Assembly (NCBI GenBank): GCA_965240325.2
Contig: OZ251237.1
Span: 1,550,001 to 1,614,000, forward strand
Direction: 5' to 3'
Source of the DNA: Rebecca billardiae RCC1528
Taxonomy: Eukaryota > Protista > Haptophyta
Length of the DNA: 64,000 nt
The stretch's first letter is position 1; each line of letters starts with the position of its first letter. This document shows, piece by piece, positions 58,855 to 64,000 of this stretch. The position numbers and the translations under genes were made by a program. The notes under the pieces were generated by a model that saw only the letters and a list, made by a program, of their open reading frames with translations, searched no databases and had not been told where the DNA came from.

Positions 58855-60282
58855 TCAGCGCGGCCCACAGCGCAGGGGCGGCAGCTGCACGACGCGCTGA
58901 AGCATTGCGGGATGCACTCCGCCATCGCTGCCCAGGCCCAGGCCGAGCGAGCCTGGCGGGTAGCCGCATGCGTGCACGCTGCCGTCCGCTGTGACGTAGA
59001 GGGTGTGCAATATGCCGAGTGAGCAGTCGAGCACGCGCGCATGCGCGAGGCCCTCCACCCGCTCGGGCAGCGGGCGAGCCACATGGTCCCCCAGCCCCAG
59101 CTGGCCGTAGCAGTTGAGCCCAAACGCGTGCACGCTGCCGTCCGCGCACACCACTGCGCTGCTGCAACCGCCCGCGCTGGCGCGCACGGCACGCATGCCG
59201 CCCTGCGCTTCGATGCGCGTGGGCACCAAAGGACGCGCCTGGTCACCGTGGCCGAGCGCGCCACCAAACGCGCCTCCGAAGGAGAGCACGCCGCCCGCTG
59301 CGTCCACCACCAGGCTGTGCGCAGGGCCCGCGCTGACGTGCACGGCGCGCACACCCGCGAGCGCCTCGATGCGCCGCAGCGTGCGCTGCTGCTGCTCGTC
59401 ACCGTGCCCAAGGCGGCCGTAACCGGCATACCCACACGAGTACACGGCGCCGCACGCCGAGAGCAGCAGCGTGTGCTCCCAGCCCGCGGCCACGCCGCCC
59501 ACGCGCACGCCGTCCAGCGCCTCGATGCGCGTCGGCTCCAGCCGGTGCTCCGTGTCGCCGTGGCCGAGCTGGCCCACGCCGTTGAAGCCCCAGCTGTACG
59601 CCACGCCAGCGGTCGTGAGCGCGAGGCTGTGGTGAGCGCCTGCGCCAAAGCCGACGATGAGCTCCGCATCCAGCGCGGCCACCTGCACGAACGCCCGTCG
59701 CTCAGCCGTGTCGCCCACGCCCAGCTGGCCGTAGTCGTTGCGGCCGCACGCGTACACGGCGCCCGCCTCGCTCAGCGCGAGCAGGCGCTCGTAGCCGGCA
59801 GCCACCGCGAACACCCGCAACGCCGCTAAGGAGCCGACGCGCGTCGGCACGAGCACGTCCGTCTGCCTGCTGAGCTCGGGATGGCCCAACGATGCGCCAC
59901 ACGTGTACACGCCGCCGTCCGTGTCGACAAACGCGCTGAAATGGTTGGCATAGAATGCAGCGGCGGCGGCAATGTGCGTGTGCTCGTGTGCGAGCTCGAG
60001 AATACGCTCGCGCGCGAGCAGCTCCTCGGCCCACGTGGACACACCAACGGGCAGGGTCGCCGGCAGCGCGGCCTCGTGCCCGCGCGTGCGCGCGCGCTCG
60101 CGCAGCGCATGCTCGAGCGGCGCGCAGCGGAAGAGGCGCGCGGCGGCGTTGGCGGCGGCGAGGTCACGTGTGCCACCGAGATGGGTGAAGATGCGCGCGA
60201 CGAGCTCGGGCGGCAAGTCGGTCAGCCGCACGGCCGCCGCTGCCGAGCGCGCCTTGGCGCGCGCGCGCGTCGTCGGTGCCAT
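58855..60282 (-). CDS. F-box + RCC1-repeat protein, paralog 3
   Basis: Start MAPTTRARAKARSAAAAVRLTDLPPELVARIFTHL assigned by homology; the longer ORF-track extension is antisense to the 60451 gene. Its 3' flank (58790-58854) is homologous to that of paralog 2 (57001-57067). Confidence 0.92.
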   Translation of the reverse strand: MAPTTRARAKARSAAAAVRLTDLPPELVARIFTHLGGTRDLAAANAAARLFRCAPLEHALRERARTRGHEAALPATLPVGVSTWAEELLARERILELAHEHTHIAAAAAFYANHFSAFVDTDGGVYTCGASLGHPELSRQTDVLVPTRVGSLAALRVFAVAAGYERLLALSEAGAVYACGRNDYGQLGVGDTAERRAFVQVAALDAELIVGFGAGAHHSLALTTAGVAYSWGFNGVGQLGHGDTEHRLEPTRIEALDGVRVGGVAAGWEHTLLLSACGAVYSCGYAGYGRLGHGDEQQQRTLRRIEALAGVRAVHVSAGPAHSLVVDAAGGVLSFGGAFGGALGHGDQARPLVPTRIEAQGGMRAVRASAGGCSSAVVCADGSVHAFGLNCYGQLGLGDHVARPLPERVEGLAHARVLDCSLGILHTLYVTADGSVHACGYPPGSLGLGLGSDGGVHPAMLQRVVQLPPLRCGPR

Positions 60283-60450
60283 CAACACCGCGCTGTCCGC
60301 GCGCGCGCCGACACGTCCTGTCGGTACCGGTCTCCTCCGATCCGGGTCACCTCCGGACGTCGTTGATGAACCTGAAACCCGTGTTGGCGTCAGGATCGCC
60401 GGGCGGCGGCGGGCGCGGCCGGCCGCCCGGCCAAGGGTGTCCTTGCCAGG

Positions 60451-61326
60451 ATGGCCCTCGACACGCGCGCTCTCGAGACGCCCACAGAGCGCCGGCATGC
60501 GACGAAGCGCTCCGTCGCAGGGGCTGTTGCGACCGTGCTCGCCCTGCTCGGCGTTGCGGCCGTGGTCGGCTCGCTCACGCTCGGCCTCCACGGCGCCCCC
60601 GCGAGGGCGGTCGGCGTCGCGCTCGAGCTGGGGCAGGCCGCGCAGGGGTGCAACACGCGCCCGGGCGACCCGGGGACGGAGCAGCACGACAACGCGGTGA
60701 TCTTCAACGGAGCCGCGGGCAACGCCATCATCGGCATCGACTTCGAGCCCACGCAGTGCGCCGTCTCCGCCGGCCAGCCGTTCGGCGGCATCGTCACCGA
60801 CGGCAAGGGCACGCAGATGCTCATCAAGGCGGGGCGGCACAAGACGGCCGCGGTGGCGGCGGCGTTCAAGCAGGGCATGGACGAGCTCCAGGCGCTCGAG
60901 TCGGGCGGCACCCTCGACTTGCTCCCGGAGGAGCTCAACTTCGCCGTCATGGGCATGATCACCTTCAAGTTCCAGTCGGGCGCCGTGAAGCGCTGCGCAA
61001 ACTTCCGCGTCGCGCAGGGCAGCGACGCGTTCCGCAACAACTGGTGCGCGCACGCGCAAGCGCGCGTCGAGCGAGTGCGGCGTACCGCGCTGTGGAGATC
61101 GCGGGCTCTGCGCATGCGCCCGCAGCGAACCAGCGTCCGGCGAGACAGCCGCCACCCCGCTCTTGACAGATGCAGTGCGCATGTGCCGCGCTGTCCCGCT
61201 AGGTGGGTGGGCTCGCCATCGTGCATGGGCATCACGACGTCCGACACGCTGGGCTGCAACTGCGGCGTCGAGCTCGGCCCGGGCGACGACGTGTACAAGT
61301 TTGTCGTCGCGGAGGTCACCGGATGA
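60451..61326 (+). CDS. Unknown Cys-containing protein with N-terminal signal-anchor; in-frame intron at 61044-61202
   Basis: TM VAGAVATVLALLGVAAVVGSLTLGL. Spliced C-terminus ELNFAVMG...CANFRVAQGSDAFRNNW|WVGSPSC. Strong C/G third-position codon bias. Confidence 0.75.
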   Translation: MALDTRALETPTERRHATKRSVAGAVATVLALLGVAAVVGSLTLGLHGAPARAVGVALELGQAAQGCNTRPGDPGTEQHDNAVIFNGAAGNAIIGIDFEPTQCAVSAGQPFGGIVTDGKGTQMLIKAGRHKTAAVAAAFKQGMDELQALESGGTLDLLPEELNFAVMGMITFKFQSGAVKRCANFRVAQGSDAFRNNWCAHAQARVERVRRTALWRSRALRMRPQRTSVRRDSRHPALDRCSAHVPRCPARWVGSPSCMGITTSDTLGCNCGVELGPGDDVYKFVVAEVTG

Positions 61327-61907
61327 CGACGACCGGACGAGTCAAGACTAAATATATGTGGGGTTATTGGTACAATAACTGATTGTCTAAGAGGACGACC
61401 GAAGAACGCCGGGCGCCAGCGCCGCTCATCAGCCACATCGCCCTCTACCAGACCATCGCCTCAAAGGGCTGCTCCCGGACAAACAGTCTGTCCGGGTTTG
61501 TCGCCCCGGAGATCTGTTTCCGGCGCCCCCTGGCTGCTTCGCCAGGCGCGGGCGGGCGAGATGGCTGCAGCCGGGCTCGTGGCCCTGCGTCGCCGGCGGC
61601 GGCGGCTCGCACGCGGGTGGCGCGTCGCGTGCACCCGGACCAACATCTTTATTCGGCATATATATACGACCTCACCCTCATCCAAGTGCTCCGGAGGGCG
61701 CTCGGCCGCGGCGGCATCTGCCGTCGCCGCCGCGTGCCCCAGGCCGAGGCGGTGCTCCATCCTGCGGCCCCGCTCCCGTAGGGGGGCAGGGCCGTGCGGG
61801 TGGCGCACTGTCTGACCTAGTGAGTGACCTGGACGGAAGGCGCGGACGCATTCTATGTAGTGTCTGTTGCACTCTGAGCCTGACGCTTGTCCGATGCTGC
61901 CACGCCG

Positions 61908-61911
<4 letters not shown>

Positions 61912-61950
<39 letters not shown>
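61912..61950. repeat. (TA)n microsatellite
   Basis: Directly visible; a second tract lies at ~35243-35295. Confidence 0.95.
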
Positions 61951-61953
<3 letters not shown>

Positions 61954-62125
61954 AGTAAAGAAATCGATTTTCGGCGTTACCGTAACCCGTCCGCACTTCC
62001 GCCCAGTGGGGATGCGGGGGAATTTTTTTCATGCCGCGTTCGCGGCACTTCGCGCCGCGATATATATATAAATAAAATAAGCCTGCGTGCGACCAGCGCA
62101 CCCGCAGCAGCGGCCCATCAGGCAC

Positions 62126-63553
62126 TCAGCGCGGCCCACATCGCAGGGGCGACAGCTGCACCACGCGCTGAAGCAACGGCTGCACTCCGACGCCATCGTT
62201 GCCCACGCCCAGGCCGAGCGCGCCCGAGCGTCTGCCGTATGCGTGCACGCCGCCGTCCGCCGTCACGTAGAGGGCGTGAGATCGGCCGAGCGAGCAGTCG
62301 ACCACGCGCGCATGCGCGAGGCCCTCCACCCGCTCGGGCAGCGTGCGATCCACTCGGTCCCCCAGCCCCAGCTGGCCACTGCTGTTGCTCCCAAACGTGT
62401 GCACGCTGCCGTCCGCGCACACCACTGCGCTGCTGCGCGAGCCCGCGTTGGCGCGCACGGCACGCACGCCCATCAGTGCGTCGATGCGCGTGGGCACCAA
62501 GCGATGCGCCACGTCACCGCAGCCGAGCGCGCCACCAAACGCGCCTCCGAAGGAGTGCACGCCGCCCGCTGCGTCCACCACCAGGCTGTGCTCGAAGCCC
62601 GCGCTCACGTGCACGGCGCGCACGCCCGCGAGCGCCTCGATGCGCCGCGGCGTGCGCTGCTGCTGCTCGTCACCGTGGCCAAGGCAGCCGCCAGAGCCAT
62701 ACCCGCACGAGTACACAGCGCCGCACGCCGAGAGCAGCAGCGTGTGCCCCCAGCCCGCGGCCATGCCGCCCACGCGCACGCCGTCCAGCGCCTCGATGCG
62801 CGTCGGCTCCAGCCGGTCCTCCGTGTCGCCATGGCCGAGCTGGCCATAGCGGTTGTGGCCCCAGCTGTACGCCGCGCCCGCAGCTGTGAGCGCGAAGCTG
62901 TGGTCGGCGCTAGCGCAAATCCCGACGACGAGCTCCGCACCCAATGCCGCCACCTGCACGAACGCCCGTCGCTCAGCCTTGTCGCCCACGCCCAGCTGGC
63001 CGTGGTCGTTGCTGCCGCACGCGTACACGGCACCCGCCTCGCTGAGCGCGAGCAGGTGCTTGTCGTCGGCAGCTACTGCACACACGCGCACCGCCTCGAG
63101 CGAGTTCACGCGCGTCGGCACGAGCACGCGAGACTCCCTGCTGAGCTCGGGATGGCCCAGCGGTGCGCCGCACGTGTGCACGCCGCCGTCCGCGTCAACA
63201 AAAGCGCTGAACGCGTCGGGATACATTCCACCGGAGGCTGCAATGCGCGTGTGCGCGTGCGCGAGCTCGAGCACACGCTCGCGCGCGAGCAGCTCCTCAG
63301 CCCACGTGGACACGCCAACGGGCAGGCTCGCCGGCAGCGCGGCCTTGTGCCCTCGCGTGCGTGCGCGCTCGCGCAGCGCGTGCTCGAGCGGCGCGCCGCG
63401 GAAGAGGCGCGCGGCGGCGTTGGCGGCAGCGAGGTCGCGCGTGCCACCGAGATGAGTGAGGATGCGCGCGACCAGCTCGGGCGGCACGTCGGTGAGCCGC
63501 ACGGCCGCCGCTGCCGACGCGCCCTCGGCGCGCGCGCGCGTGGTCGGTGCCAT
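62126..63553 (-). CDS. F-box + RCC1-repeat protein, paralog 4
   Basis: Starts MAPTTRARAEGASAAAAVRLTDVPPELVARILTHL; collinear with the other three. Confidence 0.92.
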   Translation of the reverse strand: MAPTTRARAEGASAAAAVRLTDVPPELVARILTHLGGTRDLAAANAAARLFRGAPLEHALRERARTRGHKAALPASLPVGVSTWAEELLARERVLELAHAHTRIAASGGMYPDAFSAFVDADGGVHTCGAPLGHPELSRESRVLVPTRVNSLEAVRVCAVAADDKHLLALSEAGAVYACGSNDHGQLGVGDKAERRAFVQVAALGAELVVGICASADHSFALTAAGAAYSWGHNRYGQLGHGDTEDRLEPTRIEALDGVRVGGMAAGWGHTLLLSACGAVYSCGYGSGGCLGHGDEQQQRTPRRIEALAGVRAVHVSAGFEHSLVVDAAGGVHSFGGAFGGALGCGDVAHRLVPTRIDALMGVRAVRANAGSRSSAVVCADGSVHTFGSNSSGQLGLGDRVDRTLPERVEGLAHARVVDCSLGRSHALYVTADGGVHAYGRRSGALGLGVGNDGVGVQPLLQRVVQLSPLRCGPR

Positions 63554-64000
63554 CAAGGGTGGTCGCGCCACTTGCTGTCGTCAACTCGCGCGCCGACGAC
63601 CACGGCGGTTCTGCACGTTAAATCATAGTAAACTGTAGCCGATTGGTTTTTGTAATTGCAGGATTTACAGCGCTAGTCGTGATGATTTTCGCGCTCGCTC
63701 CATTCTTCCGATGATGATTGACCAAGGGCGCGAAAGGGGGTCGCTCGCTAAGCCCCACCCGCTCCGGCCAGCATGGCTGCCTGGCCGGCGGCGGCGTGCT
63801 TAAGCGAGCCGTAAGCCGGGAATCCACGCGCTGGCGGTGCGGTTTTGGCGGCGCAGGTGGCCTCGCAGGTCGCCTGCAGGTATGCTCAGAGCCTTAGGAC
63901 AGGTTGGTGGCCCGCAACCCCAGGCTCCTTGTCGCTGCTTGCCGACTGCAAGCGATCACGAGTCGACCGTGCAATCCCGCGTGCACGCGGCCCAACGTAG

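Noticed and set aside
58855-61182. 775-aa extended F-box/RCC1 ORF
   Set aside because: The extension is antisense to the 60451-61326 gene; paralog alignment places the start at 60282.
17931-61202. Several stop-free, frame-preserving introns as regulated intron retention
   Set aside because: This is expected by chance in short introns of ~80% GC; about one third are 3n and stop codons are rare.
48357-63553. Diversity-generating retroelement as the source of RCC1 variability
   Set aside because: There is no reverse transcriptase or template repeat in the window, and the variable codons I checked are not adenine-restricted (e.g. CTC/ATC/TAC/GAC).

Overview
A very GC-rich eukaryotic genomic window with short, GC-rich spliceosomal introns (mostly GTGCGC...GCAG). 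The flagellar/basal-body genes CFAP57 and TBCCD1, an intronic TTAGGG tract, an inferred GC-AG intron and the overall composition suggest a flagellated alga, most plausibly a haptophyte of the Pavlovales/Diacronema type (inference only). Most entries in the ORF track are shadow ORFs caused by high GC. I support 18 genes. Three paralogs encode surface proteins with the order signal peptide, SPn extensin-like stalk, LRR, SEA-like domain, TM helix; two of them are a head-to-head inverted pair. The housekeeping genes are an FGGY/xylulokinase-like kinase, a GLYK-like kinase, CFAP57, EMC10, a nucleoredoxin, TBCCD1 and an MFS transporter. There is also an inverted pair of an unknown secreted-type protein, a papain protease fused to an SRCR-like domain and a TM helix, two orphan proteins, and four intronless F-box/RCC1-repeat paralogs. 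The strongest candidate for an undescribed system is the F-box/RCC1 family: a nearly invariant scaffold with hypervariable residues at the same two loops of each propeller blade, shuffled between copies as a mosaic, which resembles a diversifying, immune-like set of SCF substrate receptors. Intergenic DNA holds several non-autonomous DNA transposon relics: a 1.94-kb hAT-like element with TIRs and a TSD, a GGGGTCAGAGC-ended MITE family, and Tc1/mariner-like TIR fragments, including a perfect 37-bp hairpin. All coordinates and splice models were derived by eye.
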